From assembly GCA_964016885.1 (NCBI GenBank), contig OZ024743.1, positions 338,272,001 to 338,336,000 of the forward strand: 64,000 bases of DNA, read 5' to 3'. The DNA comes from Eledone cirrhosa (taxonomy: Eukaryota). The notes under the pieces were generated by a model. The model was not told where the DNA came from and did no database searches. It saw only the letters and a list, made by a program, of their open reading frames with translations. Below, in pieces: positions 52,510 through 64,000 of the stretch; the first letter of the stretch is position 1; the number at the start of each line of letters is the position of its first letter. Both the position numbers and the translations under genes were made by a program.

Positions 52510-53503
52510 TATTACATTGGACAGAAAGTTATCAGCGTTTCTCAAATTTTTCATTGACTTTGGCATTTTTTAACATTAGGAACATTTTACAAGCTAAAAT
52601 AAACGGCATCATTTGTGATTATCATCTGCAATCTTTAGAAAGGCACATGATTCCATCCCTGTAGAATTGTTCAGGCTTTGATGCAAAGAATTCTGTCAGC
52701 CACTGATGTAACCGGTCCTCATTGGTGAAGGTCTTTGACGGCATTGCATTGCTCATCAAGAGAAAATGGTAATAACCTGTAGGTACAATGTTAGACAAAT
52801 ACAGCGGGTGGAGCAGAACCGTCCAACCTAGCTCCAGTAATTTATCATAGGTCATCCTATGGACTATGGTGTGGTTGCACATGTGTGATTGTTGCTGCTA
52901 ATCTGTCAAGTTGTTAGCAATAGATGTCAGGTTATGCTGATGTTCGGTGGAAGCAGCTCATGTGACACTTTTCCAGTCCCACCAGACTCTCAGTACGGCC
53001 TTGTGAGGGTGGAGGCCAGTCTTTGCTTGTTGTTGTAGTGCACTCTCTTTATCAATCCACAAACACTTTGGAGAGTTGACATGATGTCTGGTATGGGTCA
53101 GCTTCCACCAGCTCACACAGTTGTTAGTCATTGAAGTCAGATGGATGTCCTGCATAAGGTTGACCTTCAAGGCTGTAAACACCAGAATGGAAGCATAGAA
53201 ACCAGTCCCTGGCACTGCATTCAGACATGATGTGTGACCCAAATGTATCGTTAATGCAACAATTTGATGCTGTGATGCTTAGGTCAGATTTTAAGACAAA
53301 GTATACAGCAATGAATAAATGATTTGGATAGATCCATGTTGCTTCCTCTTTGATGGCGTAACAAAAAAATGAGTAATGCACATAGAGTATACCAACATCA
53401 CTTCTTATATATGTGCACATGTGCAACCTTCAACATTACCAGAAAACTCTACCAAAATACCTCCCTATAAAAAAACGATGGAAACTTTCTGTCCAACCCA
53501 GTA
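52510..53503 (-). mobile_element. Degenerate mariner DNA transposon
   Basis: TIRs TTGGACAGAAAGTT / AACTTTCTGTCCAA with flanking TA. Relic peptides LELGWTVLLHPLY..., EFFASKPEQFYRDGI and GLHPHKAVLRVWWD. Confidence 0.88.
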
Positions 53504-54825
53504 TGATCAACAGTGCTCCAATCACAACCATCTTGTGTTTTTTGGGATCTCAGAGCCTACATTCTAAGGTAGGAGACTTAATCCATCACTTAGTTTAACA
53601 CCACCATCAAGCTCTTGAATACCTTTAACAGAGTTCACTCTATAGTAAGCATTCAGTCCAGGACTCTGGTTTGAGAATCCCTTCCTTCCAACCAGCTCAG
53701 AAGCCTAAATGGGGCTTATACTTCCCTCCTTGACTAAACAACAAAACAAACAAAAAATTAATTTAAAAATTCAATTGCTATTTGTAGCAGACTGAGTGAC
53801 CTTGTATAAGCTGTCTCACTGGCTGCTTGAGGACCACATGCTTTTGATGCAGACAATAATGAATGCAGCCAAGAGAGAAAAGCAAGGTGGGCAGTGTGCC
53901 AATATTTGTGACGCAATGCATGCATCAGACCCAGACATGAAAACAATTGAAAACAACATACATTAGAAACCTTCCTACTTGCTAAGATCTTAACAATGTC
54001 ATAAGTAGAATTATTACACAGCAAAGTTCAGTAGTTTGGATCAGTTCCTATGTCATGTTGAGAAGGGGAGGAATCTCAGATTTTAGTGCCAATGTTCTCT
54101 CAATATAGCAGTTAGTGAGCACAAAAATCTTCCTTTTTTTTTTGTTAGTGACAAAAATATGTGCACCATGAATATATATATATATATGTTGTTTTTAAGT
54201 ATAATCATTAATCACTGCATTATAGTATGTAGCTTACCTTTTATGTACAAACTAATTTCTTGAACAAATACTAATTTCTTATATGTACATTATTTTCTTT
54301 CCTGTGTTGGCCATGAAGCATGACTATATTCCAGCTTTCTGTGTTCTCTGAGTTCAAATACCACCAAGGTAAAATTTGCCTTTCGTCCTTTTGAGGTCGA
54401 TAAAAAAAAGTATCAGTCTAGTACTGGGGTCAATTCAGGGCCAGCACCTGGGTACTTAGCAAAAAAGTATCAGTCTAGTACTGGGGTTAAGTTCTTCCTC
54501 TACATGCAGGGCCAACACCTGGGTACTTAGCACCCCAGGTCAGCCCTACAATGTGCAACCACTTCTCTCAATTATTCATCCCATTCGCCCAAATAAAACA
54601 ATTTCAACTTACAGTTTGGTAAGCTGACGAACCCAGTTTTTGACACATCTTACTTTGACCACACTAGAATAATTAATAAGCCTGCATTTTCAACTATACA
54701 GTCCACACTCCCCCCATAAGTCATAACACCATACATCTATCACCACTACTTTGGATATTTCCACAATACTGATACATGGCAAATATGTTTAGTGATTTAT
54801 TCATGGATTGTATCAAATTATTATA

Positions 54826-55927
54826 TCATCATCATCATCATCATCATTTAACGTCCATCTTCCACGCTTGCATGGGTTTGGACGGGAGTTTTCCCACTTG
54901 AGGCAAGAGTGGTTGTCTTGCTCGCATAGGACTGTCTGGCGGGTTTTCTACAGCTGGATGCCCTTCCTAACACCAACCACGTTTACAGTGTGAACTGGGA
55001 GGTTTTTACCGTGTTACCTACACGGCCACATTACAGCGTGGACTGTGTGTATTTTTTGTCGTGAGACCTACACGACCTCATTTGTTTCGGACTGGATGTT
55101 GTGGCACCAACATAACTTTACATTGAAAGGGGTGGTGTGGATGGGGTGGGGGTAGTTGTCGCACAATGAAAAGAGCGTCTGTGGTACTTTTACCTGACAC
55201 AAACCCGAACTGCATTTCATCTAGATCAATTCTCTCTCTGATTAGTTGCGCTATTAATTTTTCTGTGACCTTCATGACCTGGTCGATTAATTTAATGCCT
55301 CTATAGTTACCCCTAACTAGGGCATCTCCTTTACCCTTGTAGCAGTTAATGATGATGCTGCTACGCCAGTCCTTCTGAACAACCCCATTCTGTATGACTT
55401 GGTTTACTATCCGGGTGACCATAGTGTGTCCCACCATTCCAGAAGCTTTCAGCATTTCAGCAACTATTTCCGAAGGCCCAGCCGCCTTACCCGTCTTCAT
55501 ATCTTTGATTGCCTTACTTATTATACTACCTTCGACTAACACTGCTGGTCCCTCTATTGGATCGATGTGGGGGAGACTGTCTTTCTCCCATTTATTCTCC
55601 TCATTTAGTAGCCTTTCATAGTGACACTTCCAAGCTACCTTCTTATCAGCGTCAGTGATGGCAAGTACACCATCATCATTAAGGACACACTTCTCCCCGA
55701 CAATATCACGGTTTTCTTTGACACATTGCCTAGCAATCCTGAACACCTCACGTTTTTGGTCCTCGCGTTGTAGAACATGCTTGAACTTTCTTTCCTCTGC
55801 TTCCCTTCTTGCGAAGTACACTTGTCTCCTAGCTTCCCTCCTAGCCACTTGATAGTCTTCTCTACTTCCCTCATCCCGCCATACTTTCGAAGCCTGCTTT
55901 TTGGCCTTAATTGACTCCTCCACCTTA
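54826..55927 (-). mobile_element. Internally deleted, 5'-truncated RTE LINE
   Basis: Mid-ORF segment (similar to 20978-21752) joined directly to the 3'UTR at 55152-55156. Confidence 0.9.
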
Positions 55928-56424
55928 AAGTATACAAATTTTAATAAAATTTGTGAAGCTAAGCCTCAATAAGAGTGAATTGTAGTTAAATATATGTTGT
56001 ATATGTGGTGTGGTAAATAAACATATACACAAGGTCAGAACACAATGGAACTCTCACTATCACTACCTCCATCTCTTCCACTCTCCCTATCTCTCTCTAT
56101 CATAGGCAAACGGGGGCCCATGCGCTGGTCGCACTGTGGCCCCGGCAGCCAAAATAGAGAAGCCGTTTCCCCAGAGATTGGTGAGAGAGATGCGCTGGAA
56201 GAGCCACGCCACATTATCTCCAACTTCTAGATAGAAGAGCTTGGTAAAGTATACCTCCTGTCACACCTCTATGTTATCGTTTCTCATCTGAAGTTTTCAT
56301 CCAACAAATAACTTTGTTATTGCTTCCCAATAACTTATTTCTAGAATTTAAAATTTATTTCAAGTATTTTAATTGCTTGGATGGGGCCACTTCCAATATA
56401 AATGACTCAGTAGTGCTGGTAGTA

Positions 56425-56426
56425 CT

Positions 56427-56475
<49 letters not shown>

Positions 56476-56622
56476 CAGTAGTAGTAGCGATTGTGGCAGT
56501 AGTGGTGGTAGTAATAGTAGTAGTAGTAGTAGTAGGTTGTAGTAGTAGTGGTGGTGGTGGTGGTAATATTAGTAGTAGTAGTGGCAGTAGTAGTAGTAGT
56601 AGTAGTGGTGGTAGCAGTAGTA

Positions 56623-56706
<84 letters not shown>

Positions 56707-56742
56707 GGTGGTGGTGGTAGAAGTAATAGCAGCAGTAGTAGT
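56425..56742. repeat. (TAG)n/(TGG)n microsatellite
   Basis: Direct reading. Confidence 0.92.
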
Positions 56743-57617
56743 TCTTTTATTACTGGGGGTTTTCTGTCCATGAGTGTAGTTTCTCTTTTTAGTTTTTTTT
56801 TTTAATATTTAACTTGTCTGATGTATAAAATATTTGTTGATTGCCAAAATTATTATATAATTACACACATATGCATACATACACATACATACACATGCAT
56901 ACATACACACATAGACACACATACACATATACATACATAGACACATATATACATACATATATACACACACGCATACATACACATACATACATACACACAT
57001 ACACATACATACACACATACATATACACATAAACACATACATACACACATATACACACATGCATACACACATACATACACACATGTGCATGCATACATAC
57101 ATACATGAACAGATGCACATACACTCATACATACACAGATGCACATACACTCACATATACATGCATACATGCAAGCACATACACAGATACTCATGCACAT
57201 ATACGCACACACAGATACTCATACACATATAAGCACACACATACACAAATATACTCATACACATGTACACGCATGTATTCATGCACATACACACACAGAT
57301 GCACAGAATATAAAACAATATAAAACAATAGAAACTAGATAGACATGTATTTTGGTGGGGCAAAATCAATTGATGTTTCCATTTGTTGTATTATATAATA
57401 TATAATATTTCGTTTCTGAATTTGTTTAGCAAGATTTTTTATCTGAAAACGTGTGTTGAAACCAATATTGTTATACTTTGGGAGGGTCATGTTGCCAATA
57501 AGAAACACACGCACCAGTTGTTTCACTTCAATTTATTATAATAAATTTATAAATTTAGGAATTTATAAATTTCCGGTTGGTTCGTTGGTTCCACAACCAG
57601 ATGATTGTTTATATATT

Positions 57618-57661
57618 GTCAAAGTTCTTTCGTCACACATTCTGTGACCTCTTCAGTGACT
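57618..57661 (-). ncRNA. Degenerate minimal hammerhead-like motif
   Basis: GTCA-CTGAAGA-G-GTCACAgaatgTGTGAC-GAAA-GAAC-TT-TGAC. Stem I GTCA/TGAC and a 6-bp stem II are present, but there is an extra G. Confidence 0.5.
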
Positions 57662-57720
57662 GGGGATGTTTTTCTTTGTTTTTGTGCCTCTCCTTTGTTC
57701 TGTCCTACGCCATCTTGTTT

Positions 57721-58844
57721 TCATCATCATCATCATCATCACCGTATTACGTCCGTTCTTCTACGCTAGCATGGGTTAGACGGGTTGTCCTGTTGTGGGC
57801 AGTGTCTGGTCGGCTGACCATGCCTTGCTCATACAGGAACTGATTTGGCTTGATTTCTACAGCTGGATGCCCTTCCTAACACCAACCTCATTTACAGTGA
57901 GTGCTGGGTGCTTTTTCGTGGAGCCTACACGTCCACTTTACAGTATGGGCTGGGTGCTTGTTTGCCGTGGCACCTCCACGACCACCTTGCGGTGGGGGGT
58001 GTGGGGGCATATTGTCTATATGCTTCAGCTTGTACGCATGGGAGGTCGGGAACTCTGTATTACTGCGTGACGCCAGAGGTCACGGTCATGTGTCATTGCC
58101 TTTGAGAGGTGTAATTGGGTAAGGTCGGCTTTTATCACCCCATCCCAGGTCATCTTGGGTCTCCCCACTCCGCGGTTTCCATCAACTTCTAGTGCTCTGC
58201 ACCTTTTTATGCAGCTGTCATCCTTCATATGCATCACATGTCCATACCAGCGCAACCGCCTCTCCTGCACACAGCATTTGATTCCTCTTATGCTCAGTCT
58301 CTCTCTCAATTCATTTATGCTTTGTCGTTCACGTATATTACTGTTACACATCCATCGGAGCATGCAGGCTTCATTTCTCTCTAATCTACGTAAGTCTTCT
58401 ACCTTCAGTTCCCAGGTCTCACTACCATGCAACATTGCTGTTCGGATACACGCATCATACAGTCTGCCTTTCATTCTGAGGGAGAAGCCTTTTGCAGCTA
58501 GCAGTGGTAGTAGTTCCCTAAACTTCTTCCATCCCGTTCTTACCCTAGTTATTGTACTTTCTGAACACCTACCTCCGCTGCTAATTCGGTCACCTAGGTA
58601 GCAGAAGCTGTCTACTGTTTCTACAGAGCCCTCCCAGAGATTGGTGGTACTTGTTTCCTGTGGCTGTTTGCTGCTTGCTGTCCCAGCACAGCTGCTGCAT
58701 GTGAAGCCTACATTCTTAATTAAGCTTCCTGAGATCCCGCTACATCTCTTGTGTACCCATTGTTTGCATTTGGGGCAGAGAATGGAGTTCCTACCTAGAC
58801 CTTTCCTACATACTGAGCAAGGCCATTTCCCTGAGGGGATCTGG

Positions 58845-58845
<1 letters not shown>
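57721..58845 (-). mobile_element. RTE LINE 3' part, second subfamily
   Basis: KGRLYDACIRTAMLHGSETW and RRLRWYGHV; PHD-like Cys cluster at about 58690-58825; different 3'UTR; (ATC)n tail. Confidence 0.9.
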
Positions 58846-58891
<46 letters not shown>

Positions 58892-59168
58892 TCATCATCA
58901 TCATCATCATCATTATCATCGTTTAACGTCCATCTTCCACGCTTGCATGGGTTTGGACGGGAGTTTTCCTACTTGAGGCAAGATTTGTTGTCCTGTTCGT
59001 ATAGCACTGTCTGGCGGGTCTTCTGTATTACTGTGTAGCGCCAAAGATCTCAGTCCAGTGACATTGTCTTGGAGAGGTGTAAGTGTGTGAGGTCGGAATT
59101 TATCAAGTCGTCCCAGGTTTTTCTGGGTCTGCCTACTCCGTGGCTACCATCAAGTACACCATCATCAT

Positions 59169-59199
<31 letters not shown>

Positions 59200-59317
59200 A
59201 CTGAACTAAACTTGGCAGAGAAGACTGACTGCTCTGGTGCAATAAGACTTACTTATATATATATGGTGCTATAAAAGTACTGACAGATAACTGATACACT
59301 GAAACAGGTTGTATTAA

Positions 59318-59900
59318 TCATCATCACCGTCAACATTATATTCAATGTCATCATCATCATCATCATCAGTATACTCAATGTCATCATCATCATCATCATT
59401 ATCATTATCATTATACTCAATGTCATCATCATCATCATCATTATCATTATCATTATCATTATACTCAATGTCATCATCATCATCATCATCAGTATACTCA
59501 ATGTCATCATCATCATCATTATACTCAATGTCATCATCATCATCATCATTATATTCAATGTCATCATCATCATCATCTTCATCATTATCATTATACTCAA
59601 TGCCATCATCATCATCATCATTATAATCAATGTCATCATCATCATTATAATCAATGTCATCATCATCATTATAATCAATGTCATCATCATCATCATTATA
59701 ATCAATGTCATCATCATCATCATTATACTCAATGTCATCATCATCATCATCATCATCATTATACTCAATGCCATCATCATCATCATCATTATCATTATCA
59801 TTATCATTATAATCAATGTCATCATCATCATCATTATAATCAATGTCATCATCATCATCATTATACTCAATGTCATCATCATCATCATTATTATACTCAA
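59318..59900. repeat. (ATC)n-derived minisatellite (ATACTCAATG(TCA)nTT)
   Basis: Direct reading; the poly-M and poly-D ORFs are artefacts. Confidence 0.9.
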
Positions 59901-59967
59901 TATCTGGGTGCTTCTTGTCATGACACCTGCACAACCACTGTACAGTGTGGACTGGGTGGATTGCGGA

Positions 59968-60161
59968 GGTGGTGGATTGGCAGTATCGGTAGAGTGCCGG
60001 ATGCCATGCTTTGACGCATAGAGTTACAGCCCTTGCCATTCTGAGTTCAAATCCCGCCGAGGTTAACTTTGCTTTTCATTTCATCCTTATGGGGTCGATA
60101 AAATAAAGTACCAGTAATACACTGGGTAATTGCTGGCCTTGTTCCTAACGTAGAAACAATT
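59968..60161 (+). mobile_element. tRNA-derived SINE (family of 10674-10866)
   Basis: Same head, B box, core and tail. Confidence 0.85.
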
Positions 60162-60281
60162 ATTATACTCAATATCATCGTCATCATCATCATTATAATA
60201 CTCAATATCGTCATTATACTCATCATCATTTAATGTCTATTTTCCACTCTAGCATGGGTTAAATGGGTTGTCCCATTTGAG

Positions 60282-61012
60282 GCATGACAAAAAGCACCCA
60301 GTCCACACAATAAAGTGGTCGTGTAGGTATCACGACAAAAAGCACCCAGTCCACACTGTAGAGTGGTCATGTAGGTGTCATCACAAAGAGCACCCAGTCC
60401 ACACTGTAAAGTGGTTGTGCAGGTGCCATCACAAGAAGCACCCAGTCCACACTGTACAGTGGTCGTGCAGGTGTCATGACAAGGAGCACCCAGTCCACAC
60501 TGTACAGTGGTCGTGCAGGTGTCATGACAAAGAGCACCCAGTCCACACTGTACAGTGGTCGTGCAGGTGTCATGACAAGGAGCACCCAGTCCACACTGTA
60601 CAGTGGTCGTGTCAGTATCATGACAAAAAGCATCCAGTCCACACTGTTAAGTGGTCATGTAGGTATCACGACAAGAAGCACCCAGTCAACACTGTAGAGT
60701 GGTCGTGTAGATATCACAACAAAAAGCATCCAGTCCACACTATAGAGTGGCCGTGGAGGTGTCACAACAAAAAGCACCCAACCCACACTATAGGGTGGTC
60801 ATGGAGGTATCACAACAAAAAGCACACAGTCCACATAATGTGTACTGTGGTTGGCGTTAAGAAGGGCATCCAGCCGAAGAAACCAAGCCAAAATCAGTTG
60901 TGTGTGGGCAAGACATGGTATTCCAATCTGGCTTATCTCACAACAGGACAGCTCATCTAATTCATGCTAGCATGGAAAATGGACATTAAACGATGATGAT
61001 GATGATGATGAT
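60282..61012 (+). repeat. RTE-type 3' tail with the 48-bp unit amplified about 11-12 times
   Basis: Tandem CATGACAAAGAGCACCCAGTCCACACTGTACAGTGGTCGTGCAGGTGT-like units, then an RTE tail with (GAT)n. Confidence 0.88.
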
Positions 61013-61845
61013 GTAAAGACTTTCATTTTACAAAGTATTAAAAAATTGCAGTATTAGAGTAAAGACTTTAATTTTTAATATGCTATTTAAACTTTTCAAG
61101 AAATTCTTGCTAATGTGGTTTATTTGGTGTAGGATAATCACACTTTCACTACAATTTTTCTAATGAAAAACACTGCCTGTGTGTTTCAATTAATTTTGAA
61201 AATAACCAAATATGTGGAGGTATTTAATGAGATAATTAAATATTTTATTAGTAAGCTGATACTTCTAAAATTATTTAAGAAAATTTCTAAAATAAAATTA
61301 TGAAAAATGGTTTTAATATAAAGATAAACATTTAAAAATGAGCAGTTATGTATCATTCATTCAGTGTGGTTTCAAGTGGTTTGGTATCATAAGTGTTAGG
61401 AGATAAAATCATCAGTTTTTGCATCATTTTTAAGAATGACTTGCTAATGTGGTATCATGTGGTACAGGGTGTTAAGAGTTAAAGCATGTTAAATGGAAGA
61501 TACAATGACATTCAAGTTTAATCAGTTTTATAAATGATTTTTTTCATATTTCCTCGTTAGTTCATTATGTTTAAATTGGAACAATAACGTTTGCTAAGCT
61601 CATTAATGTTTCAAGAACTTCACTGTCAAAGCTTCTGACTGAAGTGCTGATAGTGTTGTTATCATGGCCTCATTTTCATAGTAGACAGCAAGAGATCAAG
61701 AGGAGGAGGTGCTACAACTGATAAATTCATGTCCGCAGACACACACACACACACACACACTGTCAGATATGAACATAAGTTGACATATATTTATAATAAC
61801 GTCAACCACATTTACAGTGTGTGATGTATATATATATAATATATA

Positions 61846-61897
<52 letters not shown>

Positions 61898-61936
61898 TGA
61901 TGATGATGATGATATATATATATATATATATATATT

Positions 61937-62258
61937 GACCAAGCATAAATGAGTTGAGAGAGAAACTGTGTATAAGAGGGATAAGTTGTGGTGTGCGGGA
62001 GAGAAGACTGAGATGATATGGACATGTGATGCGCATGGAGGATGACCGCTGAGTAAAGAATGGCCAAGAAATCCCAGTAGAAGGAAGAAGCAGTAGAGGT
62101 AGACCACGAAAAACATGAGCGGAGGTGGTGAGAGCAGACCTCAGATCGCTGAAACTCATAGAGGAGATGATGAAGGACCGTGACAAGTGGAGAGATGCTG
62201 TGCTGAATAGGACCCATCGCACCCTTGCAAACAGGGAAAAGCAGACGTAAAATGATCA
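61937..62258 (+). mobile_element. Old RTE 3' fragment
   Basis: ERRLR*YGHVMRMED and RGRPRKT remnants. Confidence 0.75.
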
Positions 62259-62914
62259 TGATATTAATAAATGGAAACTATATTTATAAAACCATATTTA
62301 TTCTATTATATATATTGCAAGGGTACCAAAACTGTTGAGTGCTTTGAATCAGTTATAAATATATATATTTGTTGAATTACCAAAAATTAAATATCCCTTT
62401 GCTTTTATATATATATATATATATATGACCAGAATTTGTGTAAGGCGAGGGGGACAAGTAAACAACATAGAAGGATAAAAGCAAACCGAAGATAGGAAAA
62501 TAAACAAGCAACATGGTTGTCCGGTCAGCCTAAGCTGGGTGGATTTCATGAGTGAGATATATATAAACTACATGCACAGTCACATACATATATCATCCTT
62601 CGTTTTTCTCAACAGACATAGACAACTGTTCTGAATGAGACACATAAGCTATTGCAGTATTTTGTTGCTAATCTAGGTACAAATCCAACAAGAGGACAGT
62701 CAATTATAATGACCCCAGTATTTTACTGATCCTTTATTTTGTCAACCCCGGGAGTATGAAAGGTAACATTGACCTTGGTGAGCTTTGAAACCAGAATATA
62801 ACGAGCTCTAAGGAAATACTGCAGTGCAGTGCATTTCATCCAATGCACTAATGATTCCGCCAATTCTGCAAACCCACTACCCATCATAATGGATAATGGA
62901 AGTGGAATGATGGT

Positions 62915-63735
62915 TAAAGCTAACTCAGAGATATATTAACATGGTAAGACAGTTTGGTCTGGTTTGGGCTGGTTTGGTGTAGTCTGATCTGGGCTTATTA
63001 TAGTATATAAAAGTGTATAGTATTTATAGTATATATATAGTATATAAAAAAGGGGTTTGGATTGGCAGTATCGGTAGAGGGTCGGATGCTTTGTAAAATA
63101 GAGTTCTACCCCTTTATGGTGTGAGTTCAAATCTCACTGAGGTTGACTTTGCCTTTCATCCTTACTGGGTCAATAAAATAAAGTACAGTAATGTAAAATA
63201 AAGTACAGTAATAAAATAAAGTACAGTAATAAAATAAAGTACAGTAATTGCTGGCCTTGTGCCAAAAGTAGAAACAATTATATTATATGAATTGTGCTAT
63301 TGTTATACTATTATTGTTAGAGCTAACTCAATGGTATGGTAACATGGTAATACAGTTTGGTCTGATCCTATCTGGTTTGGGCTGGTGTAGTGTAGTCTGA
63401 TGTGATCTAGTCTGACTATAGTATATAAACTGCGTGGTGTGGTTGCACTGTTAGTGTTAGAGCTAACTCAGTGGTATGGTAACATGGTAATACAGTTTGG
63501 TCTGATCCAGTCTGGTCTAGTTAGGAGTGGTGTAGTGTAGTGTGGTGTGGTGTGGTCTGGTCTGGTCTGGTCTGACTATAGTATATAAACTGTGTGGTAT
63601 GATTGTACTATTATTGTCAAAGCCAAGTGAGAGGTATGGTAACATGATAAGGCAGTTTGGTCTGATCCAGTCTTGTCTGGTCTGATGAAGTCTGATTATG
63701 GTATATAAACTGTGTGGTATGGTTGCACTACTAGT
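62915..63735. repeat. ~140-160-bp tandem repeat (about 4 units) interrupted by a SINE at ~63055-63280
   Basis: AGCTAACTCA...TAACATGGTAA.ACAGTTTGGTCTG...TAGTATATAAA recurs at about 62917, 63318, 63459 and 63620. Confidence 0.75.
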
Positions 63736-63913
63736 GTACCAATAAATCAAACTCTGATAGCATCTACATTGATAGCTGCAACTGTATATTACACTGAATA
63801 ATTTACTGAACACTTTCTGATCATCATCTAGATAACAACCTGTACACACAAACACACATGTACACACAAACATTCACACAACACATGTACACACAAACAT
63901 TCACACAACACAT

Positions 63914-63963
<50 letters not shown>

Positions 63964-64000
63964 CTACACACACGTATATTTATATTCATGTGTTTATATA

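Noticed and set aside
59253-60039. Poly-Asp 'acidic biomineral protein' and poly-Met ORFs
   Set aside because: These come from an (ATC)n-derived minisatellite, with the ORF start inside a SINE and no splice or signal-peptide support.

Overview
Eukaryotic, extremely repeat-rich animal DNA. The microsatellite load and SINE/LINE content are most consistent with a cephalopod (octopus-like) genome; this is inference. Almost all ORF-track calls are artefacts of repeats. The only host coding sequence found is one 83-bp minus-strand exon (12589-12671) encoding the start of a RING-H2 finger of the Goliath/RNF130/RNF150 E3-ligase family, so the window is probably two very large introns. These contain: a ~6.8-kb 40-bp satellite and other minisatellites; several RTE LINE copies with a PHD-like finger inside the RT; tRNA-derived SINEs, piggyBac-type and TA-flanked MITEs, mariner relics and CR1 tails. 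A near-intact full-length Tx1-clade LINE and an R4/Dong-type RLE LINE sit head-to-head in the same (AAT)n microsatellite. Several short inverted-repeat inserts, mostly in (TA)n, carry type I hammerhead ribozyme cores typical of Penelope-like pseudo-LTRs. One is a 126-bp palindrome with a single mismatch at a catalytic base, and one inverted pair encloses a piece of the satellite. Boundaries of degraded repeats are approximate.
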